Source: an uncultured Clostridia bacterium (GTDB lineage: Bacteria > Bacillota > Clostridia > Christensenellales > CAAEEZ01). From it: a stretch of 64,000 nucleotides of DNA. The notes beneath the pieces were generated by a model. The model saw only the letters and a list, made by a program, of their open reading frames with translations, was not told where the DNA came from and did no database searches. The DNA is taken from assembly GCA_934365195.1 (NCBI GenBank), contig CAKRNA010000003.1, forward strand, positions 183,804-247,803, given 5' to 3'. This document shows positions 38,658 through 48,007 of this stretch, piece after piece. The position numbers were made by a program, and so were the translations under genes. Numbering within the stretch: the stretch's first letter is position 1; each line of letters starts with the position of its first letter.

Positions 38658-39478
38658 AAACTATCCTCCAACTCCTTTTCGGTAAGAATGCCGCCCGCTA
38701 CGTCCAGCCCGTTATCTTTTAGTTTGTTAGCGATTTGCCTTGCAAGTGGAAGTTCCAGTTTGCACCTATTTAGCAGTTCCAAATCGTCAAAAATCTCACT
38801 TGGCGTGCCCACTCTTTCAATAAATCCGTCGTTCATAACCACCACTTTGTTTGCGCAAACCACCTCTTCCATGTGGTGAGTTATGTGCACTACGGTGATA
38901 TGCTCGTTGTGGTTTAGTTTCGTAATGGTGTCCATTACCTCTTTTCTGCCCTTAGGATCTAGCATTGCCGTGGACTCGTCAAGAACCAACACCTTAGGAA
39001 GAAGCGCAAGCACTCCCGCTATTGCGATACGTTGCTTTTGTCCGCCGCTCATTTTAAAAGGCGTAGCCGTCCTATATTCTAGCATATCCACAACGCTAAG
39101 CGCCCACTCTACACGCCTTACAATCTCCTCTCTTACAACGCCGATATTTTCAGGGCCGAAGGCGATATCGTCCTCCACCACGCTTGCTATCATTTGGTTG
39201 TCCGGATTTTGAAATACTATCCCTACGCTCTTTCTTATGTCGAACACTTTATCGTCGTCGGTAGTAAGGTTGCCGTAAACTTCCACCGTGCCTTCGCTTG
39301 GTAGCATAAGTCCGTTTAGCATCTTAGCAAGGGTGCTTTTACCACTACCGTTGTGCCCTACAAGTGCGACGAAATCCCCCTCCTCGATATCCAAAGAAAC
39401 GCCTTTAAGCGCCTCTAATTCGTCTTCTTGGCGGGGGTTATATACATATTTTACGTTTTTAATAGATATTGCAGTCAT
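38642..39478 (-). CDS. ecfA1: ECF transporter ATPase component A1
   Basis: Walker A GHNGSGKST, signature MSGGQKQR, Walker B VLVLDES. Confidence 0.9.
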   Translation of the reverse strand: MTAISIKNVKYVYNPRQEDELEALKGVSLDIEEGDFVALVGHNGSGKSTLAKMLNGLMLPSEGTVEVYGNLTTDDDKVFDIRKSVGIVFQNPDNQMIASVVEDDIAFGPENIGVVREEIVRRVEWALSVVDMLEYRTATPFKMSGGQKQRIAIAGVLALLPKVLVLDESTAMLDPKGRKEVMDTITKLNHNEHITVVHITHHMEEVVCANKVVVMNDGFIERVGTPSEIFDDLELLNRCKLELPLARQIANKLKDNGLDVAGGILTEKELEDSLCQLL

Positions 39479-39851
39479 TTTACCTCTTTATACTCTACTA
39501 GAATATCACACATTGTATTTTTAAGCAACGAATTTTAGTCCGCTACGATAAAGTTTAGCCTCTTGCTTGAAGCAGAAAACAACCGTTTAAAGTAAATAAC
39601 TTTTCTTGTTGCGTCATATAATATTCGCGCTTTTTATAGCAAAACTTCGGCTACCAAAAACGCCCTTATTATAAAAAATCCACACTAAAACTCGGTATCT
39701 ATAAAGTTTTCTGCCGATACTTGTTTAGTTATTCTCTCGTTTTACTCTTTTCAAAAGGTAAAAATCACCTAGTGTTTGTAATTTTTGGTGAAATTAAAAA
39801 TCATAAAAAACATAATCTTTTTTAAATTATCGTTTTAGGGGGCTTTTTATG

Positions 39852-39880
39852 TTGACATAAAAAATCAATAATAATATAAT
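39852..39880 (+). promoter_or_regulatory. consensus sigma-A promoter of PFOR
   Basis: TTGACA, 17 nt spacer, TATAAT. Confidence 0.65.
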
Positions 39881-39941
39881 TATAAAGATTATAACAATCA
39901 TAAATTTATACATTCGAAAATTATTATTGGAGGTTTATATA

Positions 39942-42900
39942 ATGAGTACAAAGATGACCATTGACGGTAATACCGCTGCTGCGCATATAGCGTACGCTCT
40001 TAGTGAAGTTGCCGCTATCTACCCTATTACTCCGTCCTCTCCTATGGCAGAGAACGCTGACGAATGGGCTACCGCCGGAAGAAAAAATATCTTCGGTGGC
40101 GAATTAAAAATAGCAGAAATGCAATCAGAGGCAGGTGCTGCCGGTGCAGTTCACGGCTCTCTAACTGCCGGTGCGCTTACTACTACGTTTACTGCTAGCC
40201 AAGGCTTATTGTTGATGATTCCTAATATGTACAAAATCGCAGGCGAATTGTTGCCTTGCGTATTCCACGTAAGTGCTAGAGCGCTTGCTTATCACGCTTT
40301 GAATATTTTTGGCGACCATAGTGACGTTATGGCTTGCCGTCAAACCGGATTTGCTATGCTTGCGTCTAACAGCGTTCAAGAGGTTATGGACCTAGCGCTT
40401 GTTGCTCACCTATCTTCTTTAAGAGCAAAAGTTCCTTTCCTACACTTCTTTGACGGATTTAGAACTTCTCACGAGGTTTCAAAAATCGAAATGATCGACT
40501 ATGAAGACATTAAGAAAATCGTTGATATGGACGATATTAAGGACTTCAAAAACAGAGCGTTAAACCCGGAGCACCCTGTTCAAAAAGGTACTGCTCAAAA
40601 CCCTGATATCTACTTCCAAGGCCGTGAAGCAGGCAACAAATACTACGAGCAAGTTCCTGAAGTAGTAGAAGAGATGATGGCTAAAGTTGAGTCAATCACC
40701 GGTAGAAAATACAACCTATTTGACTACTACGGCGCTAAGGACGCTGAAAAAGTTATCGTTATTATGGGTAGCGGCGCTGAGGCTATCGAGGAAACCGTTG
40801 ATTACCTAAACGCAAAAGGCGAGAAAGTTGGCTTAATCAAAGTAAGACTATATCGTCCGTTTGCTATTGATAGATTTGTAAAAGTTCTTCCTAAGACCTG
40901 CAAATTCATTTCGGTTATGGATAGAACTAAGGAAAGCGGAAGTTTGGGCGAGCCACTTTACCTTGACGTTGTTGCCGCTCTTAGCGAGGCAGGCGTTACG
41001 GGCGTTAAAGTGCTTGGCGGAAGATACGGACTTGGCTCTAAAGAGTTCAACCCTTCTATGATTAAGGCTATCTTCGACAATATGGGTGGCGAAAACAAAA
41101 ACCACTTCACCGTTGGTATCGTTGACGACGTAACTAACAGTTCTCTACAAGTTATCGAGAAAATCGACGCTTCTCCAAAGGACGCTATTAGATGTAAATT
41201 CTACGGCTTAGGTTCTGACGGAACTGTTGGTTCTAACAAAAACAGCATCAAGATTATCGGTAACTACACCGATAAATATGCTCAAGGATACTTTGCTTAC
41301 GATAGTAAGAAATCCGGTGGTCTTACCGTTTCTCACTTAAGATTTGGCGACACCCCTATCAAGTCTTCTTACCTAATCGACACCGCAGACTTCGTTGCTT
41401 GCCACAACCCTTCTTACGTAACTAAGTACGATATGGTTTCTGACCTAAAAGAAGGCGGCGTATTTTTGCTAAACAGCATTTGGTCACCAGCAGAAATGGA
41501 TGCTATGCTTCCTGCTCAAATGAAGAACGTAATTGCTAAAAAGCACATTAAGTTCTACACTATCGACGCTATCAAAATCGTTAGCGAAATCGGACTAGGC
41601 AACAGAATTAGCACCACGATGCAATCTGCATTCTTCAAACTTGCTAACGTAATGCCTTACGAAGAGGCTGTTAAGCACATGAAAGAGTTCGTTGTTAAAT
41701 CTTTCAGCAAGAAAGGTGAAAAGGTTGTAAATATGAACTTTGCCGCTATCGACAACGCTGTAACCGGTCTAATTGAGGTAAACTACCCTGAATCTTGGGC
41801 CACCACCACCGAAGGCGCTGTTGTTAAACCTGTAAGCGACGATCCATACTACACCGCATTCGTAGAGCCAATGCTTGCTCAAAAAGGTGACGAACTTCCT
41901 GTATCTATGATAGAGGCTGACGGACACGTTCCTACCGCTACTACCAGATTTGAAAAGAGAGGCGTTGCTGTTAGCGTTCCGTCTTGGGATATCGACAACT
42001 GTATCCAATGTAACCAATGTGCTTTCGTTTGTCCACACGCTGCTATTAGGCCTGTACTACAAACCGAAGAAGTACTTAAAGACGCTCCTAGCACTTTCGC
42101 TGTAAAAGACGCTATCGGCTTCAAGGGTTACAAATACAGAATGCAAGTTTCAACCATGGATTGTACAGGTTGCGGCTCTTGTGCTAATATTTGTCCTTCT
42201 AAGACCAAGGCATTGACCATGGTTCCTATCGACAAATCTATCGAGCAAGGCGATGCTGCAAACTGGGATTATGCTATGAGTTTGCCTGCTACTACCGCTG
42301 AAATTAAGAATATCAACGTAAAGAATAGCCAATTCAAACAACCTTACTTCGAGTTCTCCGGCGCTTGCGCAGGCTGTGGCGAAACCCCTTACATCAAGGT
42401 TATCACCCAACTATTCGGCGACAGAATGCTTATTGCTAACGCAACCGGTTGTTCTTCTATCTACGGCGGCTCTGCTCCTACCTGCCCTTACTCTAAGGAC
42501 GCTAAAGGTAACGGACCTGCTTGGTCAAACAGTTTGTTCGAGGACAACGCTGAGTTCGGTTATGGTATGAACCTTGCTTACGCAACCAGAAGAACGAAAC
42601 TTGTTGACGATATGAAAGCACTTATCGAAATGGGCATCTGCGACGAATTAAAGGCTGCATTCACCGAGTGGATTGACACCTATAAAGACCTAGAAACCAA
42701 CAAAGTTGCTAGCGAGAAAGTAAAGGCTATCCTATCTACCGTTGACACCGCTAAATGCGATTGCGACGCTACTAAGAAAGAGACCTTACAAAGAGTTATC
42801 GACAACCAAGACTGCCTAGTTAAGAAATCTATTTGGATCTTCGGTGGTGACGGTTGGGCTTACGATATCGGCTTTGGCGGACTAGACCACGTACTTGCTA

Positions 42901-43457
42901 TGGGCGAGGACGTTAACGTACTTGTACTAGACACCGAGGTTTACTCAAATACCGGTGGACAAGCAAGTAAGTCTACCCCAACCGGTTCTGTTGCTAAATT
43001 CGCTGCCGGCGGAAAACTAACCAAGAAGAAAGACTTAGGTAGAATTGCTATGAGTTACGGCTACGTATACGTTGCACAATGCTCTATGGGTTCTGACAAA
43101 AATCAATTTGTAAAGGCTATCACCGAGGCTGAGGCTTACGACGGACCATCACTAATCATTTGTTATGCTCCTTGTATCAACCACGGTATCAACATGAGCA
43201 AATCTCAATTTGAAATGAAGAACGCTGTTGATTCCGGTTACTGGCAACTATACCGTTACAACCCTACTGCTGCTAAGAAATTCAGCCTAGACAGTAAGGA
43301 AGCAACGGCTAACTATCAAGACTTCCTACTAAGCGAGAATAGATACGCACAACTTTACAAGGCAAAACCTGAAGTTGCTAAGAAACTATTTGAACTAAAC
43401 GAGGAACAAGCAAAAGAAAGATATCAAGAATACAAAACTCTTTCTGAACAAGAATAA
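39942..43457 (+). CDS. nifJ: pyruvate:ferredoxin (flavodoxin) oxidoreductase
   Basis: About 1171 aa single-chain PFOR. Two 4Fe-4S motifs, CIQCNQCAFVCP and CTGCGSCANICP, and a GDGW thiamine-diphosphate domain. ATG at 39942 follows GGAGG. Confidence 0.95.
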   Translation: MSTKMTIDGNTAAAHIAYALSEVAAIYPITPSSPMAENADEWATAGRKNIFGGELKIAEMQSEAGAAGAVHGSLTAGALTTTFTASQGLLLMIPNMYKIAGELLPCVFHVSARALAYHALNIFGDHSDVMACRQTGFAMLASNSVQEVMDLALVAHLSSLRAKVPFLHFFDGFRTSHEVSKIEMIDYEDIKKIVDMDDIKDFKNRALNPEHPVQKGTAQNPDIYFQGREAGNKYYEQVPEVVEEMMAKVESITGRKYNLFDYYGAKDAEKVIVIMGSGAEAIEETVDYLNAKGEKVGLIKVRLYRPFAIDRFVKVLPKTCKFISVMDRTKESGSLGEPLYLDVVAALSEAGVTGVKVLGGRYGLGSKEFNPSMIKAIFDNMGGENKNHFTVGIVDDVTNSSLQVIEKIDASPKDAIRCKFYGLGSDGTVGSNKNSIKIIGNYTDKYAQGYFAYDSKKSGGLTVSHLRFGDTPIKSSYLIDTADFVACHNPSYVTKYDMVSDLKEGGVFLLNSIWSPAEMDAMLPAQMKNVIAKKHIKFYTIDAIKIVSEIGLGNRISTTMQSAFFKLANVMPYEEAVKHMKEFVVKSFSKKGEKVVNMNFAAIDNAVTGLIEVNYPESWATTTEGAVVKPVSDDPYYTAFVEPMLAQKGDELPVSMIEADGHVPTATTRFEKRGVAVSVPSWDIDNCIQCNQCAFVCPHAAIRPVLQTEEVLKDAPSTFAVKDAIGFKGYKYRMQVSTMDCTGCGSCANICPSKTKALTMVPIDKSIEQGDAANWDYAMSLPATTAEIKNINVKNSQFKQPYFEFSGACAGCGETPYIKVITQLFGDRMLIANATGCSSIYGGSAPTCPYSKDAKGNGPAWSNSLFEDNAEFGYGMNLAYATRRTKLVDDMKALIEMGICDELKAAFTEWIDTYKDLETNKVASEKVKAILSTVDTAKCDCDATKKETLQRVIDNQDCLVKKSIWIFGGDGWAYDIGFGGLDHVLAMGEDVNVLVLDTEVYSNTGGQASKSTPTGSVAKFAAGGKLTKKKDLGRIAMSYGYVYVAQCSMGSDKNQFVKAITEAEAYDGPSLIICYAPCINHGINMSKSQFEMKNAVDSGYWQLYRYNPTAAKKFSLDSKEATANYQDFLLSENRYAQLYKAKPEVAKKLFELNEEQAKERYQEYKTLSEQE

Positions 43458-43474
43458 TATAAACCTTAATAATA

Positions 43475-43505
43475 AAGGCGTTACCGTTTGGTAGCGCCTT
43501 TTTTG
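43475..43505 (+). terminator. intrinsic terminator of nifJ
   Basis: AAGGCGTTACC-GTTT-GGTAGCGCCTT followed by a T run. Confidence 0.85.
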
Positions 43506-43517
43506 TTGCTTTTTTAC

Positions 43518-43546
43518 AAAAAAAACACGCCGAAAAGCGTGTTTTT
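43518..43546. terminator. second, bidirectional terminator (serves the minus-strand kinase gene)
   Basis: AACACGC-CGAAAA-GCGTGTT flanked by A and T runs. Confidence 0.7.
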
Positions 43547-43565
43547 ATTTACTATAATAATTATA

Positions 43566-44393
43566 CTATTTTATCCTTATTCTCGTGCTAGGCGCTTTGC
43601 CCTCTACTATATCTTTTAAGGTGTACTTGCTGTTTGCGATGAATACTTCCGTGCCGTTTTTAACGGGCTCTTTTATGTACTCTAATTTTGCTTTTGCCCC
43701 GTTAGCGCCTTTTCTACTACTGCCGTTGCAGAACTTTTGGAATTCGTTTATATTTTCGATTAGTTCGTAAGCGTCCTTGCCGTTTATCTCCTTAACTAGC
43801 GACGTTGCGTCCTTTGGATCGGTGTAAATTCCGTCCACGCTGGTAAGAATAACTAGCCTTTGCGACTTAACTAGGCAGGCAATTTGGCTTGCCGTTTCGT
43901 CGTTATCCACGCACTCTACAATGTGCGACTTTTTCGCCTTTAAGTTTTGAATTTCCCACTTTCTGTTTTCCTCGTAACTTACCGCATCGTTGTAGTTAAT
44001 GATAGGAATTGCGTTTTGGCTAGGGCATCTTAGTAGCATTTTTTTAAGGTTTTCTCTTTTTTCGTCGTCGTTAAAATGGTAGTGCTCCACCAAGATTTGC
44101 CTTAGGTTGTAATTGCTGTTCATATACTGGCGGTAATTTTGCATAAGGATAGATTGACCTTGGCTTGAGTAGTCCGTCTTGTTCTCCTCGTCCGTTCCGT
44201 CAAGTTCTTTTCCGTTACGCTTAATGTAGTCCAGCCTGCCTATTTCGGTAGCGCCGCTGGTTACCCAAATAAATCCCGGCCTTAACTCCCTTGAAAGCCT
44301 TGCAATAATATTGTAGTTTATATCGTGGTATTCCTTGTTTATCAAGGCAACCGAACCGACCTTACCAACTAATTCAATGTCGTATTTTTCCAT
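43566..44393 (-). CDS. amino-acid-kinase family protein, glutamate-5-kinase-like, without a PUA domain
   Basis: KVGSVALI, VTSGATEIG, NYNDAV and DNDETAS blocks run parallel to ProB blocks. Monocistronic, with no proA nearby. Confidence 0.5.
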   Translation of the reverse strand: MEKYDIELVGKVGSVALINKEYHDINYNIIARLSRELRPGFIWVTSGATEIGRLDYIKRNGKELDGTDEENKTDYSSQGQSILMQNYRQYMNSNYNLRQILVEHYHFNDDEKRENLKKMLLRCPSQNAIPIINYNDAVSYEENRKWEIQNLKAKKSHIVECVDNDETASQIACLVKSQRLVILTSVDGIYTDPKDATSLVKEINGKDAYELIENINEFQKFCNGSSRKGANGAKAKLEYIKEPVKNGTEVFIANSKYTLKDIVEGKAPSTRIRIK

Positions 44394-44589
44394 TTTTCTT
44401 CCTTGTCTATTTTAGCCCACACGCCGCCTAACACTATTTAAGGATAATTTACCGCCAAATAGTTTTTGGTAGGTTGTGAGGTAATTCTATAAGAATATAA
44501 TATACTACGCCCGTCATTTTGTCTACTAAATAACACCTGCCAAGCAGCAAGCGTTACGCTCTTGCCGTTCCCTTTTGTAATTAGCCCTA

Positions 44590-45963
44590 CTACGCAGCCA
44601 TTTGCTCAGGAGTATACAATGTATTATCTTTCACGCCGAACACCACGTCGCCGTACTTATCGGTGCGGTAGATTTTGTTGCCGTACTTTATCATATTTTC
44701 CATTACAGCCACACTAGGCATATCGTTGTACGAACCCTCTTTTACGCTAATAACGGTATACTCGGTTTTTATCATTTTTAAAAACTCTTCGTTATTACTC
44801 TTATGTGTAGAACTACCGTGGTGCGCCGCTTTGTACACGTCAAAGTCCATTTCCTTAGTGTTTCTCTTATTATATTCTTTTACAAAATTATCGTGGCTTG
44901 TACCTATGCCATCACCCGTAAACAAGAATTGCTTTCCCTGATATGTAAGAACAACGCTAGGTGATATTTCGTTCTTTTGCGCCGCCGTTTTAAACTCTTT
45001 GTTGTAAGTTTCGTCCGCCATACAATAAATATCAATTTCGTAACCTGTACCACTAATATTCATAAAATCAACGTTTGGATACACCTTTGCCTTTTGCGTT
45101 TTGCCTTTTTCATCGGTGTACGTTTCGTCGTGCGCCTTAGTAAAAAACTCGTAATAGCCTTTGGTGTCAATCACCCCGATTTTTGTTTCGGCGGTGATAT
45201 CCTTGTACCTATTTAGTTCCGTACCCGCTTTCCAGTTTGGGTAAAGTTTTGGAATAAATAGGTTTTTTATTTCGTACCAACTAAGCACGTCGTCAAATGA
45301 CTCTACGTGGTCACTATCGGTATGAGTTAAAAGTGCGTAATCGATAACCCTTACTCCTTGCTTATCCAAATACGCCTTTATGGTATCCTTTTTTCCGCCT
45401 GCGTCAATCAGCATATTTCTGCCGTCAGGAAGTTTGATTAAAATGCAATCCGCTTGCCCAACGTCAATATAATGCACCTCGAGTTTCCCTCGGTTTTCGA
45501 TAATGTTAAAGTGGTTTAAGTTTTCCTCTTGGTACACGTCAAAAGTAAACGAGGTAACTTTGTTGCCGCCCGGGGTGTTGTCCTTTGGCTCGTAAAAAAC
45601 AAAGTAATACACCATACCGCAGGTTAAAGCAACCACAAGAAGAACCGTGACGGCTATATTAAACTGACGTAATTTGCCGTGCTTTTTCGCCGTCTTTCTG
45701 GCGGATTTGTACACCTTTTCCACAGCCTTTTGCGTGTCGGACTTAGATGCGCTAGATTTATTTGCCGTGCCGGACCTAGTTGCGCTTGTTTTAGTAGAAC
45801 CACTCTTACTAGAAGTGGATTTAGTGGTATTTGACTTACTAGAAGTTGATTTAGTAGAACTAGCCTTACTGCCGTTACTTTTAGCGCCACTCGTAGATTT
45901 TTTCGGTGTCTTTTTAGCGTTAGAATTTTCTTTCTTTCCGTCGTTATTAGATTTTTCTGCCAT
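44590..45963 (-). CDS. membrane-anchored metallo-beta-lactamase-fold protein (ComEC C-terminal-domain-like) with a Ser/Thr/Lys-rich N-terminal tail
   Basis: YIDVGQADCILIK, LIDAGG and LLTHTDSDH motifs. One TM helix (FNIAVTVLLVVALTCGMVYYFVF). The first 105 aa or so are low complexity. Confidence 0.65.
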   Translation of the reverse strand: MAEKSNNDGKKENSNAKKTPKKSTSGAKSNGSKASSTKSTSSKSNTTKSTSSKSGSTKTSATRSGTANKSSASKSDTQKAVEKVYKSARKTAKKHGKLRQFNIAVTVLLVVALTCGMVYYFVFYEPKDNTPGGNKVTSFTFDVYQEENLNHFNIIENRGKLEVHYIDVGQADCILIKLPDGRNMLIDAGGKKDTIKAYLDKQGVRVIDYALLTHTDSDHVESFDDVLSWYEIKNLFIPKLYPNWKAGTELNRYKDITAETKIGVIDTKGYYEFFTKAHDETYTDEKGKTQKAKVYPNVDFMNISGTGYEIDIYCMADETYNKEFKTAAQKNEISPSVVLTYQGKQFLFTGDGIGTSHDNFVKEYNKRNTKEMDFDVYKAAHHGSSTHKSNNEEFLKMIKTEYTVISVKEGSYNDMPSVAVMENMIKYGNKIYRTDKYGDVVFGVKDNTLYTPEQMAA

Positions 45964-46084
45964 ATTTTTCCTTATCTTACAAGTTTATTTCTCTTTCCCT
46001 TAATTTATTATACTAAGAGATTTGCATTTTTACAACAAAAAAGAACGCCGAAGCGTCCCTTTTTTTAATATGGTTTTTTAAATT

Positions 46085-47902
46085 TTAGTCGTCCACGTCG
46101 AAATGTTCTAGCATTGATTTTTTAGGAATAGCCCTAGAATCGCCGTGTTTTACAAATAGTAGCATTACAAGTGACAATATGAAGAATACTATTGCGTAGA
46201 TAAACATATATTGTCTGCCAAACTTCATAATAAGTCCTGCTAAGAACGGAGTGATTGCTTGCGCCGACATCGTAGCCGTGTAGTAAACGCCCGTGTACTT
46301 ACCGACGTCTGCGCCCTTGCACGTTTCAAGCACCATAGGTAAGGTGTTTACGTTGATTGTGATAGCAGCGTAGGTAACCATAAACCACGAAATAACGAAC
46401 AGCCAGTTGAAACTTGGTTTTACGAAGAAACCGATAATAAACGCTATGATTGCTAGAATTAAGCCGACAAGTATCGTCTTTTTCCTGCCGAACTTGGTTG
46501 CCATCCAGCCAACCGGGATAAACGCAATCGCCGAGAATACCGTAGCCGCCATAACGATGTTACCAGCCATAGCCGTTTCAAAGCCTAAGTTTTGAGTAAG
46601 GTAAACCGATAGGTTAGAGTTTACGGCGTTGTGCCCCATAAACCACATAAATATCGAGCCAAGTAGCAAGAAGAAACTAACCTTTTTGCCCTTGTTAAGT
46701 TCTTCTACGCTTACGCCCTCTTGTGCAGCCTCTTCGGTGTCGTCATCGTCGTCAAAGCCAAACTCCTCGCACAAGTTTTTCTTTTGTTCAAGTAGTTTGT
46801 TCTCCTTAACCGTGCCCATAAATACGCCTAGCATAACTATCATTAGTATACCAACCGACGTCCACGCCCAAATATAACTATCATACGCTCCTTTGGACAC
46901 GAATTTTAGCACTATCGTGCTCATAAACAACATTACTAGCACTTGACCTACACCACCCATAAGATTGATGATTGCGTTCGCCTTACTTCTAAGTGGTTTT
47001 GGCGTAACGTCCGGCATAAGTGCAACCGCAGGCGACCTGAAACTTGCCATAGCAAGCAGTAGTAATAATAGCATTACCATAAATCCTGCAAGCACGCCCG
47101 GATTTTTTGCCGTGTAGTTGTGATAAATATATTCCTCCACAAACGGTTGAATTTTCTCGTTGTAGGTCATATTCTTTGCTGCGTTGCCGCTCTCTACTAC
47201 CTTTTCGGTAGTGCGGATAAACTCGTCACGAGCGATGCCCTCCGGCTTTTCGCTATCGTAAACAAGCGCAAGTTTTTTAACGTTTTGGCAAGGCAAGAAC
47301 ACGTAGTTGTAAGCCATTACGTCCTTTTTGGTAATAGTCTTGAACGCTGCCTTTACGTCCTCTTCCTTAGTAATATCGTAAGCCGAGCCGTCAGCCTTTT
47401 TGTTTTCAAGCATATATGCTTTCATCACGCCTTCAATCGTGGTAGACTTTTCGTCGGCGGCAGCAATCTTACCCGTTTTTAAGATATCGTTTAGTATTGC
47501 GTTGTCGTAAGCCTCGTCCACCGTTACGATTTCAGAGTCCATCGTCTTTTTAACCTCTGCGGTTTGGATATTTTCCACAACCGGAAGTATCACAAGGCAG
47601 ATAACCGACAAAATCGTGCCCACCAAAATAAACGGCGTTCTTTTGCCCATTTTGGAATTGACCTTATCCGATATTGTACCGAACAAAGGCAACAAAACCA
47701 AAGCAAGAATATTATCTAGTCCCATTATCAGACCACGCATTGCGTCCGACAAGCCGAACGTCCTGTTAATCATTAGCGGAACTAAAAAGTCGTACGCATA
47801 CCAGAATGCAGATATAATAGCAAACGCAAAACCAACTAATATGGTATTTTTGTAGTTTAACTTCATACCTGTATTTTCAGTCTTTTTTTCTTTCCTTCTC
47901 AT
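46085..47902 (-). CDS. GPH/SLC45-like MFS sugar transporter with a soluble insertion of about 160 aa between TM3 and TM4
   Basis: 12 TM pattern with a cytoplasmic SDKVNSKMGKRTP loop. Start at MRRKEKK (47902), preceded by GGGAGA. Adjacent to the alpha-glucan genes. Confidence 0.65.
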   Translation of the reverse strand: MRRKEKKTENTGMKLNYKNTILVGFAFAIISAFWYAYDFLVPLMINRTFGLSDAMRGLIMGLDNILALVLLPLFGTISDKVNSKMGKRTPFILVGTILSVICLVILPVVENIQTAEVKKTMDSEIVTVDEAYDNAILNDILKTGKIAAADEKSTTIEGVMKAYMLENKKADGSAYDITKEEDVKAAFKTITKKDVMAYNYVFLPCQNVKKLALVYDSEKPEGIARDEFIRTTEKVVESGNAAKNMTYNEKIQPFVEEYIYHNYTAKNPGVLAGFMVMLLLLLLAMASFRSPAVALMPDVTPKPLRSKANAIINLMGGVGQVLVMLFMSTIVLKFVSKGAYDSYIWAWTSVGILMIVMLGVFMGTVKENKLLEQKKNLCEEFGFDDDDDTEEAAQEGVSVEELNKGKKVSFFLLLGSIFMWFMGHNAVNSNLSVYLTQNLGFETAMAGNIVMAATVFSAIAFIPVGWMATKFGRKKTILVGLILAIIAFIIGFFVKPSFNWLFVISWFMVTYAAITINVNTLPMVLETCKGADVGKYTGVYYTATMSAQAITPFLAGLIMKFGRQYMFIYAIVFFILSLVMLLFVKHGDSRAIPKKSMLEHFDVDD

Positions 47903-48007
47903 AAATTTCTCCCTTATGAAAGTCGCTAAGTACATTATACTAATTTAAAAAGCCTTTGTAAATACTACTTGCAATCTAATTAGCGATATATTACCTAACT
48001 TTTCCCT

